Part shown: piece after piece, positions 23,802 to 33,965 of the stretch
Layout of the letters: the number at the start of each line of letters is the position of its first letter
Numbering within the stretch: the stretch's first letter is position 1
Source of the DNA: Pseudomonadota bacterium
GTDB lineage: Bacteria > Myxococcota > JACRCW01 > JAFGSX01
Reading direction: 5' to 3'
Assembly: GCA_043821645.1 (NCBI GenBank)
Contig: JBDRCO010000001.1
Location: forward strand, 27,290 to 91,289
Length of the DNA: 64,000 nucleotides
Made by a program: the position numbers and the translations under genes
Notes under the pieces: model-generated
Database searches by the model: none
Told to the model about the DNA's origin: nothing
What the model saw: the letters and a program-made list of their open reading frames with translations, nothing else

Positions 23802-25541
23802 ATGGCCAGAGCACCAGAGCAACAGGCCCGCGACAGCGATGCAAGCTCGCGCGCCGTGCACCAGCTCCTCGACGGCCTCGACGACGTGGTGGTCAGTCCC
23901 GAGGTGCAGCGCGTACTGTCCGAGCACGTGCGCGACCGCGAGACCGGTGTCTTCGGCCGCCGGGATCACGGTCTGGGCAGCTCGCTCGGGCTCAAGGACG
24001 CTGTGGTCAGCCGCGGCTCCTGCGCTCTGGGTGTTCCGCTGGTCGACCTCATGCGCGGTTCCATGTGCGTGCTGGTTGGGCCCAACGGTTCGGGCAAGAG
24101 TACCTTCTTTGACGCCCTGATGGATGACGACAGCGTGACCCTCGACCTGCGCGAGGGCTCCGGCACCCTGGTGGTGGGCACCTCCAACAACCTGCACCGC
24201 AAGCGCCAGGGGCGCACCCGCCTGGCCCGCCTGGACCAGGAGGAGATCCTGGGGCCCATCGCCGGGCTCAGCGCCCTGGACACCCTGCGCCAGGGCCTGC
24301 GCTTCTTTCTCGACCAGTTCCCGGTCGACGACGCGCGCTGGGCCGAGCCCGACGGTTACGACGACAACCTGGCCAGCCAGGAGGCGCAGCTGCGCATCAC
24401 CGAGATCACCTCGGCCCTGTTCAACCTCTTTCGCATGGACGAGTGCGCCCGCGTGCGGGTGCGCCAGCTCAGCGGCGGCGAGCGCACCAAGCTGTCGCTC
24501 ATGCTGGTCATGATGAGCGATGCCGACGTCGCCCTGTTCGACGAGCCCACCAACCACCTCGACCTGGTGACCATCGCCAAGCTGCTCGGCATCTTTGACA
24601 AGCTGCAGCGCGCGGGCGTCACCGTCGTCAACGTCAGCCACGTGGGCTGGTTTCTCAAGCTCGCCGGCACCCACCGCACCTTGCAGATCGACGGCGCGGT
24701 GCTGCAGTCCTACCGCTCGCCCTTTGCCCGGGTGGGGCGCCACCTGCAGCTGTCGCCCACCCGCGTCGAGGGCATCGTCTGGTGCGCCGACGGACGCCCC
24801 AGCAGCGGCGTGCTGCTCGAGGGACTGCGCGACTGCAGCATCCCCGATTCGCCCTTGCAGCAGGTGCACTTCGGCTCGCTGGTGCCGGGCGAGGTGCGCC
24901 TGCTGATCGGCGACAACGGCAGCGGCAAGACCACGCTGCTGGAGTACTACGCGCGCCATGTCGAGGTGCGCCTGGGCAACGTGGCCTACCTGCCGCAGTT
25001 CTGGCCCGAGGACTTCGTGGCTAGCCGTCCCACCACCGAGCGCTTCTTCGATCAGGTCGTCGAGCAGACCCTGGCGTCCTGCGACGCCCACGCCCTGAGC
25101 GTGGCCCGCAATCGCTTTCTGCAGAAGCTGCAGGGCACCTCGCTCGACGGCAGGCATCGCCGCTTCTTCGATCTCAGCGGCGGCGAGCAGCGCCTGACCT
25201 GGTTCGTCGCCGTCAGCAGCATCCCGGCCGTCGACGTGATCATGGCCGACGAGCCCACCAACCACATGGACGATGGCATGCGCCAGCTCATCACCCGCGC
25301 CCTGGTCGACTTCGCGAACCGCGGAGGAGGCGTGCTGCTGTCGTCCCATGACCTGGACCTGATGCAGGCGCTGGAGGCCAACACCGCGGTGTCGCTCCGA
25401 CTCGACACCTTCACCAAGCAGGACGGCCGCACGGTGATCCAGACCTTCGAGGGCAAGAGCATCAGCGCCCACGTCAGCGAGCGCATCGCCGCTGCCCGTA
25501 TCCAGGGCGGCCGCGCCATCGAGAGCAAGCGCGCGCGCTGA
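23802..25541 (+). CDS. Tandem ABC ATPase without transmembrane domains (divergent ABC-F-like)
   Basis: Two Walker A motifs (GPNGSGKS, GDNGSGKT), two LSGGE signatures, DEPTNHLD and DEPTNHMD. Probable start ATG 23802. Confidence 0.8.
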   Translation: MARAPEQQARDSDASSRAVHQLLDGLDDVVVSPEVQRVLSEHVRDRETGVFGRRDHGLGSSLGLKDAVVSRGSCALGVPLVDLMRGSMCVLVGPNGSGKSTFFDALMDDDSVTLDLREGSGTLVVGTSNNLHRKRQGRTRLARLDQEEILGPIAGLSALDTLRQGLRFFLDQFPVDDARWAEPDGYDDNLASQEAQLRITEITSALFNLFRMDECARVRVRQLSGGERTKLSLMLVMMSDADVALFDEPTNHLDLVTIAKLLGIFDKLQRAGVTVVNVSHVGWFLKLAGTHRTLQIDGAVLQSYRSPFARVGRHLQLSPTRVEGIVWCADGRPSSGVLLEGLRDCSIPDSPLQQVHFGSLVPGEVRLLIGDNGSGKTTLLEYYARHVEVRLGNVAYLPQFWPEDFVASRPTTERFFDQVVEQTLASCDAHALSVARNRFLQKLQGTSLDGRHRRFFDLSGGEQRLTWFVAVSSIPAVDVIMADEPTNHMDDGMRQLITRALVDFANRGGGVLLSSHDLDLMQALEANTAVSLRLDTFTKQDGRTVIQTFEGKSISAHVSERIAAARIQGGRAIESKRAR

Positions 25542-25725
25542 CGTCGGCCTGCTCGCGAGACCCCGCCTCGCCGATGCGCCCCCCTGGTTGCCGTCGCCAC
25601 CGCGGCCTACATCGACACTCGTCGACCTGGTTCCCCTCACGCTGCGTCACAACAAGGACCTGCATGCTCCTGCGCACCAGCGCAGGGCCACGCGATAGCG
25701 ACATAGCCACTGGAGGGACACACCC

Positions 25726-25974
25726 ATGCATCACTCCGACAGCTGCGACTGCGACCACCTGAAACTGGAAGTGACGGGACAGGGTGAGGTGGATGACTGC
25801 CCGACCTGTGGTGCCGTGACCTGGCTGGGCGAGGAGAAGCCAGAGCAGGTCGCGGGAGACGCGCTGACCTGCGCGAACTGTGGCACGCGGGTCATCGCCT
25901 GGATAGGCGAGAACAAGGTGAGCACCCTGCGCCGATGCCTGTCCTGCGACGACGTGGTGGTCCTGCAAACTTGA
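25726..25974 (+). CDS. Small Cys-rich zinc-ribbon-like protein
   Basis: GGAGG RBS; CDC, CPTC, CANC and CLSC motifs in 82 aa. Confidence 0.6.
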   Translation: MHHSDSCDCDHLKLEVTGQGEVDDCPTCGAVTWLGEEKPEQVAGDALTCANCGTRVIAWIGENKVSTLRRCLSCDDVVVLQT

Positions 25975-26198
25975 GACATCCAGCAACGGCCGAAGTATGA
26001 CCGCATACAGGTGCGCGTCAGACCCGGGGCAGCGGTCACGCGCAGCGGGCTGGCCAGCAGGCGCCAGAAGGGACTGTCGTCGGGCATGCGCGGCTCCCCC
26101 CTTTTACCAACTCGGTCACCCTGCTCACGGCTTGCGCGCGACCGGCCAAAGGCGCTTGATGGGAGTCCGTTCGATCCCCAGAAGCTCAGGAGAAGACC

Positions 26199-26564
26199 AT
26201 GAAGACCTTTCTTGTCGCCCTCGCCCTGGTTACCTGCGTCTGCCTGGCCCGCCCTGCCCTGGCCGCCGAGTACAAGTGCAAGGGCGACAGCGTCGACAAG
26301 AGCGGCAGCACGCAGTTCAAGATCCGCCGCTCGGGCACGGACTTCACCGTCGAGAAGTCGGGCAGCACCAAGGGCAAATGCAAGAAGAGCGGCAGCAAGT
26401 ACGTGATCGAGGTGTCCGGCAGCACCAAGGCCACCATCGAGAACGGCAAGATCTACAAGAGTGGCTCGTCCTGGGGCACCGTGTCCGAGGCCCAGCGCAC
26501 CTTCGAGTGCCCGGACAACGAGGCCGCGACCTTGTGGGTGTTGCAGAAGATAGGCGCGATCTAG
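26199..26564 (+). CDS. Small secreted basic protein with repeated SGS(T) beta-hairpins
   Basis: AGGAG RBS, signal peptide ending ALA, repeated xKSGST motifs. Confidence 0.75.
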   Translation: MKTFLVALALVTCVCLARPALAAEYKCKGDSVDKSGSTQFKIRRSGTDFTVEKSGSTKGKCKKSGSKYVIEVSGSTKATIENGKIYKSGSSWGTVSEAQRTFECPDNEAATLWVLQKIGAI

Positions 26565-27046
26565 GGCCTGCGCCTGTCGCGAAAAAAAACTCGGAGCATC
26601 CGCGCCGCCGCCTCGGCCTCTATCCCGCTCAACACGTCGAGGCGATGGTTGAGCCGCGGATCTCGCACCAGGTCCATGAGCGAACCACAAGCTCCCGTGC
26701 GCGGGTCCGGCGTCGCGTACACCAGGCGGTCGACTCGAGCGTGAACGAGTGCGCCGGCGCACATGGGACAGGGTTCGAGTGTGACGTAGAGTGCGCAGCC
26801 GGTCAGGCGCCAGCGCCCGAGCACGCGAGAGGCCTCGCGCAGCGCCAGGATCTCAGCGTGAGCCAGGGGATCGCGATCCACCTCCCGCCGGTTGTGGCCC
26901 GTGGCCACCACCTGCCCGTCGAGCACGACCACCGCTCCCACGGGGACATCGTCGTGATCCAGCGCCAGCCTGGCCTCGGCCAGGGCTCGCGCCATGAAAG
27001 CCGTGTGCACCACATCGGCACCGGCACCATCACCCACCGTCGTCAA
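26561..27046 (-). CDS. tadA: tRNA-specific adenosine deaminase
   Basis: DVPVGAVVV, HAE, TLEPCPMCAGA and DPRTGACGS motifs. Start is either TTG 27046 or ATG 26997. Confidence 0.9.
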   Translation of the reverse strand: MTTVGDGAGADVVHTAFMARALAEARLALDHDDVPVGAVVVLDGQVVATGHNRREVDRDPLAHAEILALREASRVLGRWRLTGCALYVTLEPCPMCAGALVHARVDRLVYATPDPRTGACGSLMDLVRDPRLNHRLDVLSGIEAEAAARMLRVFFRDRRRP

Positions 27047-28968
27047 CGCTTGAGGCGGCGCACGAACAGGTTGCTGCCGACCTTGAAGATCAGGAAGGGG
27101 CTGTCACGCGGCACCGGCACCTTGTCACTGAATCGGCCGGCTTTGTCAGGGGACAGGTTCTTACCATTTGCTGACACGTTGCTCCCTGGCGCCACCATGC
27201 CGCGGGTCTCGATGCTGCCGCCGCTGATGCGGGCGTTGGGCCGGGGCGTCAGGATGCGCAGCAACATGTCGTTCGAATCGAACTTGACCTCGAGGTCATA
27301 CATGTCCGACGTCGACAGGTTTTTTCCTGCGGCATCCAGCGCACTGTAGGCCCACACGTACTTGCCGTCCTTCAGGGTCCCGGGAGCCAACCGGAGCTTG
27401 GCCTCGGTGGTCACCTGCTCAACCAGCGGCTTGTCAAACGAGCCGTCAGCGTAAATGGCCACGCGGTATTGCGGGGTGCCTGGCCGCTCGGTCCATCGAA
27501 AGGTGAGCTGCGGCGTCTGCCATTGCTGGTACACGACGACGGTACGCTCGCCGGAGGCCCGCACGATGTTCTTGCGCGCGTCCCCTCCCGAGGCGTCCTG
27601 GTCCCGCGCCAGGATCAGGCGCTGCGCCGGAGCGCTCTGCTGGGCGTTGCGCACCCGCCAGTGGTAGCCACCAAAACCAAGGCGGTCGGTGGTGTAAGTG
27701 GTGTCGGGGACCGTGGCTACGGTGATCAGGTTCTTGAACTCGGGATCCTTGGCGATCTCGATCGTGTAGGGGCCCTGTCCCTCGAGCTCGGACCAGACAA
27801 AGGTCAGAGCGGGCAGGCTCCCCGCGGCATACACCCGCCGCACGCCGGTGTTGATCTGCAGGGCGCTGCGCCCGACCGCGCGCACGCTGGCGGCGCCATT
27901 GCGATCGATGAGGGCTTCCTGGTTGGCCAGGACCTCGGCCGTGCTGCCATCCGCGGCCCGCACCGACGCCCGACCCTCGACCACCCGGATCCGTCCACCC
28001 CGCGCGTCGCCGCTGACCTCGACGTCGGCTCCGTGGCCCGACGCGATGATGGTGGCCTGCACCCCGCCCAGGGCCACCACCTGTCGCTGGTTGGCCACAA
28101 GCAGGACCTGGCTGCCACCACGGCGCAGCATGAAGCTCGCCCCGCCAGCGCCGACCTCGAGCTGACTCCGGCGATCGACGCGGGCCTCGCCGGCGTCACC
28201 GAGCCCCAGGGTGGCCTGGCCCGAGCGCGCCTCGACCACGTCGCCCACTTCAAGCGCGTCACCGGCACTGGCCACTCGAAAGCGGCCCTGGCCACCCGCC
28301 TGGCGATACACGCCGCGTCCAGCCTTGAGTGTGACCACGATGGGCGAGGTCTCACCCAGGTCCGGGGTGGTGCCCGCATCCGCGGTCCCGGCATCCACGG
28401 GTTCGCCGAACACGATGCCGCTCTTGTCCAGGCGCACGGTGATGCCCTGGGTGATGGTGTTCTGCCCGAGCTGCACCTGACCGAGCAAGGTGCGCACGCT
28501 GAGCCCGTCGTCACCCGAGGTCACGGCGATGCGAGAGGGATCCGCCCCGAACTGGATGGGCCCAAGCGAGGTCATCACCACCAGACCCGCGGCGGTGCCC
28601 TCGGCTTCGATGGTACCGAACAGCAAGCGCACCTGGCGCGCCAGCATCCCCTCGGGGCCAGCCTCGACCACCAGGGAGCTCGAGGGTCCCAGGGTCACGC
28701 TGCTGCCGTCGGGAAACCGCAGCGTTGCACTGCCTTGCTCATCGGAGCTGACCGTGTCACCAGGCCGCACCTCGGTTCCGTTGCCCGCCGCGAAGGCGGT
28801 GGCACTGCCGTGGCTGACCTGGACCAGTGGCGAGACTTCCTGCAGCACGCCAGCCGGTGCTGGCTGGCATCGGTCACAGCTTGCCAGCACGATCAGTAGC
28901 CCGGACAGCAGGGTCCGCGACCCGATCGGCGGCGAGCGCTCAGATTGTGTCATACCCCACGTTGCCAT
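27043..28968 (-). CDS. Exported protein with two FecR-like domains and C-terminal Ig/FN3-like domains
   Basis: FecR pattern GDTVSS...ATLRFPDGSSVTLGPSS and a second copy GDVVEARSGQATL; FN3-like Y.IEIA.D..F...YHWRVR. Confidence 0.75.
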   Translation of the reverse strand: MATWGMTQSERSPPIGSRTLLSGLLIVLASCDRCQPAPAGVLQEVSPLVQVSHGSATAFAAGNGTEVRPGDTVSSDEQGSATLRFPDGSSVTLGPSSSLVVEAGPEGMLARQVRLLFGTIEAEGTAAGLVVMTSLGPIQFGADPSRIAVTSGDDGLSVRTLLGQVQLGQNTITQGITVRLDKSGIVFGEPVDAGTADAGTTPDLGETSPIVVTLKAGRGVYRQAGGQGRFRVASAGDALEVGDVVEARSGQATLGLGDAGEARVDRRSQLEVGAGGASFMLRRGGSQVLLVANQRQVVALGGVQATIIASGHGADVEVSGDARGGRIRVVEGRASVRAADGSTAEVLANQEALIDRNGAASVRAVGRSALQINTGVRRVYAAGSLPALTFVWSELEGQGPYTIEIAKDPEFKNLITVATVPDTTYTTDRLGFGGYHWRVRNAQQSAPAQRLILARDQDASGGDARKNIVRASGERTVVVYQQWQTPQLTFRWTERPGTPQYRVAIYADGSFDKPLVEQVTTEAKLRLAPGTLKDGKYVWAYSALDAAGKNLSTSDMYDLEVKFDSNDMLLRILTPRPNARISGGSIETRGMVAPGSNVSANGKNLSPDKAGRFSDKVPVPRDSPFLIFKVGSNLFVRRLKR

Positions 28969-29004
28969 GGCTGGCTCGCTCGGCGCCGCGAGTCGCAGCG
29001 CGAA

Positions 29005-30516
29005 TCACTTGGCCAGATCCACGTTGAGGATAACGACGTCGCCCGGACGAATGCGAATTTTCTTTTTCTGGGTTCGGTAGCCGGCTGCTCCCACGGCCAC
29101 CGAGTGGTCACCCACGGGGACCTGGAAGCTGAACGCGCCGGTCGCCTTGTCGGTCTTGAAGCGACCGTCCTTGAGACCGGTGATCACGATGCTGGCCTCG
29201 AGCGGCCCGCCGTCGGCACCCTTGATGTTGCCGCGGATCTCGCCGAACTGCGCGGCCCCGGTCTTGGTGAGGCTGATCTCGATCGTGCGCACCGCATCGG
29301 CTCCGACCATGGCGTTGGCCTCGCCCACATCGTATCCGGCCGCCACCGCCTTGAGCTTGACCGGGCGATTGGCCGCCAGGGGGAAGGTCACGAAGGTGCC
29401 GTCGGCGCCATTGACCGTGAGCGGGCTGGACTCGGCTCCCACCACCTCGACCACGGCATCCACCACCGGACTCCTGCTCGCCACATCCACCACGGTACCC
29501 TGGATGCGGCCGGTGGGCGGAGCCACCTCCTTGACAACCTCCTTGATCACCTCTTTGGGCTTGTCGTCGAGTGGGGGCGGCGGCGACGTCACGGCCTCGC
29601 CGGGGCGGGCGAAGGGATCAAAGCGGTAAGCCACGCCCAGGTTGACCGCCCAGGGGGGAACGGCCGGGACATCCACGGCGATGGGATCGGGCCTCAAATA
29701 GGCCAGTTCGCCGGCCGCTGTCAGCAGCAGCATGTCCTCGCGTCCGAGGCCAACGCGCAGGCCCGCGCCCAGGTAGCCAGCGAGAGCCTTGGAAGTATCC
29801 ACGCCGACCACCGGCGCGTCGAAGGTGGTCTCGACGAAGGGTGCCAGCGACAGGATCTCGAGCACGGCAATGCGGTAGTCCACGCCCAGCCCGACGTCGA
29901 CCGAGGGAGTATTGGCGACCTGGGCACTGTAGCGCAGCACCGGTTCCAGCGGCTCCGTGAAGGCGAGTTCGGAGCGCCGCCAGCGCGCACCCAGGTTGAG
30001 GCTGGCATTGAGCCCGAAGGGTGCATGGTAGCCGGCGGCCAGCGTAAGTTCGGGGCTCACGGCCTGCCAGGCCAGACCGAAGCCGCTGCCGTCGGTGGGA
30101 AACAGCACCTCGAGCTGCCCACCCAGGGACAACCAGGGCATGAGCAGTGCCCCGCCGCGCAGGATGAGCGAGGGATCGCCGACGGTCTGGCTGACCTGCG
30201 GAGTTCGAAGCTCGTGGTGGTTGGCCAGGGTGCCGAAACCGACACCGAGCATCAGGTTATCCAGCGGAGCACCGAGCACAGCCACGCGCGCGCCGAACTG
30301 GGAATCCTTGGAGCCATCTCCGAACAGATCCTCGGTGTAGCTGTAGGAACCCGTCGTGGTCAGAGCGAAGCTACCTTGAGAAAGCCCGCGGCCGTCGAGC
30401 ACCCGGACATAGGTCAGGCTCGATGGAGAACCCTCGTCGGCTCGAGCCACGCCAGGATCCTGGAGAGATCCCAGAACCACGACCGCAATCCACAGATTCC
30501 GCAGGAGCCACGTCAT
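29005..30516 (-). CDS. Outer-membrane protein (N-terminal beta-barrel-like) with C-terminal carboxypeptidase-regulatory-like domains
   Basis: Signal peptide, alternating beta-strand pattern, Pro linker, and repeats TGRIQGTVVD and GEIRGNIKGADG.PL.A.I. Confidence 0.65.
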   Translation of the reverse strand: MTWLLRNLWIAVVVLGSLQDPGVARADEGSPSSLTYVRVLDGRGLSQGSFALTTTGSYSYTEDLFGDGSKDSQFGARVAVLGAPLDNLMLGVGFGTLANHHELRTPQVSQTVGDPSLILRGGALLMPWLSLGGQLEVLFPTDGSGFGLAWQAVSPELTLAAGYHAPFGLNASLNLGARWRRSELAFTEPLEPVLRYSAQVANTPSVDVGLGVDYRIAVLEILSLAPFVETTFDAPVVGVDTSKALAGYLGAGLRVGLGREDMLLLTAAGELAYLRPDPIAVDVPAVPPWAVNLGVAYRFDPFARPGEAVTSPPPPLDDKPKEVIKEVVKEVAPPTGRIQGTVVDVASRSPVVDAVVEVVGAESSPLTVNGADGTFVTFPLAANRPVKLKAVAAGYDVGEANAMVGADAVRTIEISLTKTGAAQFGEIRGNIKGADGGPLEASIVITGLKDGRFKTDKATGAFSFQVPVGDHSVAVGAAGYRTQKKKIRIRPGDVVILNVDLAK

Positions 30517-30552
30517 GGCAAGGTCCCCTTGTCGGCTGGGTGATCATACTCG

Positions 30553-32376
30553 ATGCCCCACATGCCGTCATATTTTTCATGGGTGGAGTGCCGGTTCCCG
30601 GAGGTGGACGTCACTGCGCGTGCCGCCTATCATCTGGGGCTGATCGGCCTGCCCTGGCCATCGCGAGAATACGTGGACGAACACTGCACCTACTGTGGAT
30701 CGGCGCGCGATCCAAGCCACGACAAGCCTTGGCGCTGCAAGCGCTGTGGCGCCCTGGTGCCCTGGGCCCAGCAGCCGCCGCACGGCAGACCCATCGAGTT
30801 CGGTCCCTACACGCTGGTGCGCCGCATCGCGGCCGGTGGCATGGGTGTGGTGTACGAGGCCCAGCGCAAGACCGTGCAAGGCTTCGAGAAAGCCTTTGCG
30901 GTCAAGCGCCTGCTGCCGGCCCTGAGTTCGGACCGGGACTTCGTCGACATGATCGTGGACGAGGCCAAGATCTGCGCCCAGCTCGAGCACCCCAACATCG
31001 TGCAGGTGTTCGAGCTCGATCAAGTCGATCGCGAGTTCTACATGGCGATGGAGTACGTGGCCGGCGGCACCATGGCCACCATGCTGCGGTTCAGCGCCGC
31101 GACCCGACGACTGCTACCGGTGCCACTGGTGCTGTACATCGTCGCCGAGGCGCTCAAGGGTCTGGCTCACGCTCACGGGAGCGGTCGCGGTGGCAGCACC
31201 GAGGCCATCATCCACCGTGACGTGTCGCCTCAGAACATCATGATCGGCCGTGATGGACGCGTGAAGCTGACCGACTTTGGCATCGCCAAGGCCATGGCCT
31301 CGTCGACAGTGAGCCGGATCGGCACGGTGAAGGGCAAGCTCGCCTACATGGCCCCCGAGCTCCTGAGCGGCCAGCGCGCCACCCAGCGCGTTGACGTGTT
31401 CGCCATGGGCGTGTTGCTGCACGAGGCCTTCTCGAGCCGGCGGCTGTTCAGGGCGGAAACCGAGGCCGCACTGATCTCGACCGTGCTACGCGGTGAGATC
31501 CCACCGCTGGCGCGCTATCGCTCCGACGTGCCGCGGCCCATCGAGCAGGTGATCCTCGGGGCGCTGTCGCGCGATCCCACCCAGCGCTATCCCGACGCCC
31601 GCGCGCTGCGCGATCACTTCCTGCAAGCTGTTCCCGCCGGCATGCTCGAATCGGGACTGGTGCAGAGCGAGAAGTACATCGCCGAGTTTTACGACATCGT
31701 GGGACTCCCCGGCGAACCTCTGGACCCTGTGAACGATGCGCCGATGAAGGGCCGGCGGAAGACCCCGGTGCAGTCACCCGCACAGGATGGCTCGCAGCCG
31801 GCCATCCTGCCTGACTTTGTCGACGTCGACATGAAGGACCGCAAGCAGTCGCGCTGGCTCCTGCCCGCGGGCATTGCAGGAATGGTGCTGGCGAGCGTGG
31901 TGGGTGGCGTGCTGTGGCTCGGTGGTACCCCCACGTCGGCGGGTTCCGACGCAGCCTGGAGCCTCCGTGACGCTGCAACGGCGCCGGACACGGTGAACAC
32001 GGTGGCCGTCTCCGTGGATGCCGGCCACACACCCACAGCACCGGACGCGGGGATCGCCGCCACCGTCGATGCGAGAGCCAGGCCCAAGCCGCGCAAGCTC
32101 ACGGTGCGCGACATCGAGCGCACCTTCAACAAGCACATGGGCGCGCTCAACGCCTGCGGAGCCCAGCACCGGTCCGTGCTGCCTCCGGGCGGGGTCAAGG
32201 TGGCCCTTGTGATCCAGTCCGATGGCAACGTGACCAAGGCCGTGCTGGCTCCGACGTCCATCCAGGGCACGGGCCTGGACCGCTGCCTGAGCAAGGTTGT
32301 GGCCCGCATGCGCTTCCCGGCGCACAAGGACGCCGAGATGAGCGTCACCGTGCCTCTTCAGTTCCAGGTGCAGTAG
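30553..32376 (+). CDS. Membrane Hanks-type Ser/Thr kinase with N-terminal Zn ribbon and C-terminal AgmX/PglI (TonB-C-like) domain
   Basis: AAGGMGVVY, AVK, HRDVSPQN, DFG and GKLAYMAPE; one TM segment; CTYC/CKRC; C-terminal LNAC...GGVKVALVIQSDG.V...CL...MRFP. True start may be GTG 30673. Confidence 0.9.
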   Translation: MPHMPSYFSWVECRFPEVDVTARAAYHLGLIGLPWPSREYVDEHCTYCGSARDPSHDKPWRCKRCGALVPWAQQPPHGRPIEFGPYTLVRRIAAGGMGVVYEAQRKTVQGFEKAFAVKRLLPALSSDRDFVDMIVDEAKICAQLEHPNIVQVFELDQVDREFYMAMEYVAGGTMATMLRFSAATRRLLPVPLVLYIVAEALKGLAHAHGSGRGGSTEAIIHRDVSPQNIMIGRDGRVKLTDFGIAKAMASSTVSRIGTVKGKLAYMAPELLSGQRATQRVDVFAMGVLLHEAFSSRRLFRAETEAALISTVLRGEIPPLARYRSDVPRPIEQVILGALSRDPTQRYPDARALRDHFLQAVPAGMLESGLVQSEKYIAEFYDIVGLPGEPLDPVNDAPMKGRRKTPVQSPAQDGSQPAILPDFVDVDMKDRKQSRWLLPAGIAGMVLASVVGGVLWLGGTPTSAGSDAAWSLRDAATAPDTVNTVAVSVDAGHTPTAPDAGIAATVDARARPKPRKLTVRDIERTFNKHMGALNACGAQHRSVLPPGGVKVALVIQSDGNVTKAVLAPTSIQGTGLDRCLSKVVARMRFPAHKDAEMSVTVPLQFQVQ

Positions 32377-32385
32377 GAGCCCGTC

Positions 32386-33807
32386 ATGCCCAGGTTTCTC
32401 GTCGCGGTCGGCCTCGCGCTGCTCCTCGTCGCCTGCCCCGACCCCGGCCTCGACGTCGACGCGGGCACCGGCCCCACTCTGGTGCTGCTCGAGGCGCCCA
32501 GTCCGGCGCGCGGTCCACTGCGAGTGCACCTGATCGTGGAGACGACCCGGGCCCTGAGCCTGGGCCTCGACGTGGACAGCGGCTCGGGTTCTGGCCCGGC
32601 CACCCTGTTCGAGGCTGCCTCGGACCTGCCCACACCCGATCCCAGCGCAGGCCGCATCGAGGTCACGCTGATCTGGGACAGTGTCAGCGACGTCGACGGC
32701 GACGCCCCGGTGCAGCTGCGCGCGCGCTGGAGCGCCGGGGGCGACAGCGGAGTGCTGGAGCCGGCGACCACGGTGCAGGTGAACAACGATCCCGATACCA
32801 CGCGCTGGGTGCTGGCCCCACACCCCTCGGGCATGCTGCCCTCGGGCGGCTCGTCCAACGTCAACGATCAGGTCTCCGTGCTGACCCTGGATGCGCACGG
32901 TGGCATCGCCGACACCGGCACCGACCTCACGGTCGGCACGGGCCCCAGCAAGGCCCTGTTCACCCCCGACGGCACCCTGGCCTTCACCCTCAACGGGCGC
33001 GATTCCACGGTGACCGTGCTCGACGTCACCGCGAGCGGCATCACCCGCCGCACTGGCGCTCTGGATCTGAGCCCCTACAGCTTCTACGACCTGGCCGTAG
33101 CCCCGGACGGTACCTCGCTATTCGTGGTCGCGGGCACCGGACCTGAGAACGCCCTGTTCGAGTACGACCTGAGCAGTGGCACACCGGTCGAGATGCGCAG
33201 CCTGGATCTGGGATCCGTGGCCCAGTGCCTCGCCGTGTTCCCGCGCGGCGACCTCATCGCGGTGGGGCGCGGCAGTCCGAACGGTCGCTGGTTCGAGATC
33301 TACGACCGCCGCGACCTGAGCCTGGTGGGCGCCGTCGAGTACGACGCGTTGCTGTGCTCGGGGCTGCGCGTGTCCCTGGACGCACACTGGGCGGTGAGCG
33401 CCGACCAGCTGGGCAGCACCCAGGTGGCCCTGTTCGATGTCTCCGACGCCACGGCGCCAACAGTGGTGGCCACAGTGAGCAACCTGACCGCGGTGGTTGA
33501 GGGGATCTTTCACCCGGACAGCAGCGCCCTGGCCGTGAGCACGCTCAACGGCAACAGCGTGGTGCCCTACGCCATCAGCAGCAGCGGCCAGCTCAGCGCG
33601 GGCAGCAAGGTCTCGGGGGGCCTGTCCCTGGCCGCCGAGATGGACATCGTGACCCGGGGCAGCCAGCGCGGCCTGATCGCAGTGTCCGCGTTGACCGCGG
33701 TGGTCATGGTGCAGCTCGATGCCGCGGGCACCGCCTACAAGCGCGGCACCGTGGATCTGGGCAGCGGCATCGAGAACTCGGTCGAGGGGCTGGCGATCTC
33801 ACCCTGA
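32386..33807 (+). CDS. Lipoprotein with a C-terminal beta-propeller (YncE/lactonase-like)
   Basis: Lipobox LLVAC; propeller blades VGTGP...FTPDG, LAVAPDG and FHPDS. Confidence 0.7.
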   Translation: MPRFLVAVGLALLLVACPDPGLDVDAGTGPTLVLLEAPSPARGPLRVHLIVETTRALSLGLDVDSGSGSGPATLFEAASDLPTPDPSAGRIEVTLIWDSVSDVDGDAPVQLRARWSAGGDSGVLEPATTVQVNNDPDTTRWVLAPHPSGMLPSGGSSNVNDQVSVLTLDAHGGIADTGTDLTVGTGPSKALFTPDGTLAFTLNGRDSTVTVLDVTASGITRRTGALDLSPYSFYDLAVAPDGTSLFVVAGTGPENALFEYDLSSGTPVEMRSLDLGSVAQCLAVFPRGDLIAVGRGSPNGRWFEIYDRRDLSLVGAVEYDALLCSGLRVSLDAHWAVSADQLGSTQVALFDVSDATAPTVVATVSNLTAVVEGIFHPDSSALAVSTLNGNSVVPYAISSSGQLSAGSKVSGGLSLAAEMDIVTRGSQRGLIAVSALTAVVMVQLDAAGTAYKRGTVDLGSGIENSVEGLAISP

Positions 33808-33965
33808 CAGCACCTCACACACACCTCGCGTCGGCTCTGTCATCGGCCTGTCTGGCCCGCTTGCGCGGCCCGCGGGCGCGAGAGTAGTCTTGGCCCTTTC
33901 CGCGTCGCCACTCGGCTCGCAAAGGGCGGTCGAGTCCCACAGCACGCGGAGGGGAGAATCGGACG

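Noticed and set aside
26561-27046. Deaminase as a toxin or defence effector
   Set aside because: It has the length and motifs of housekeeping TadA.
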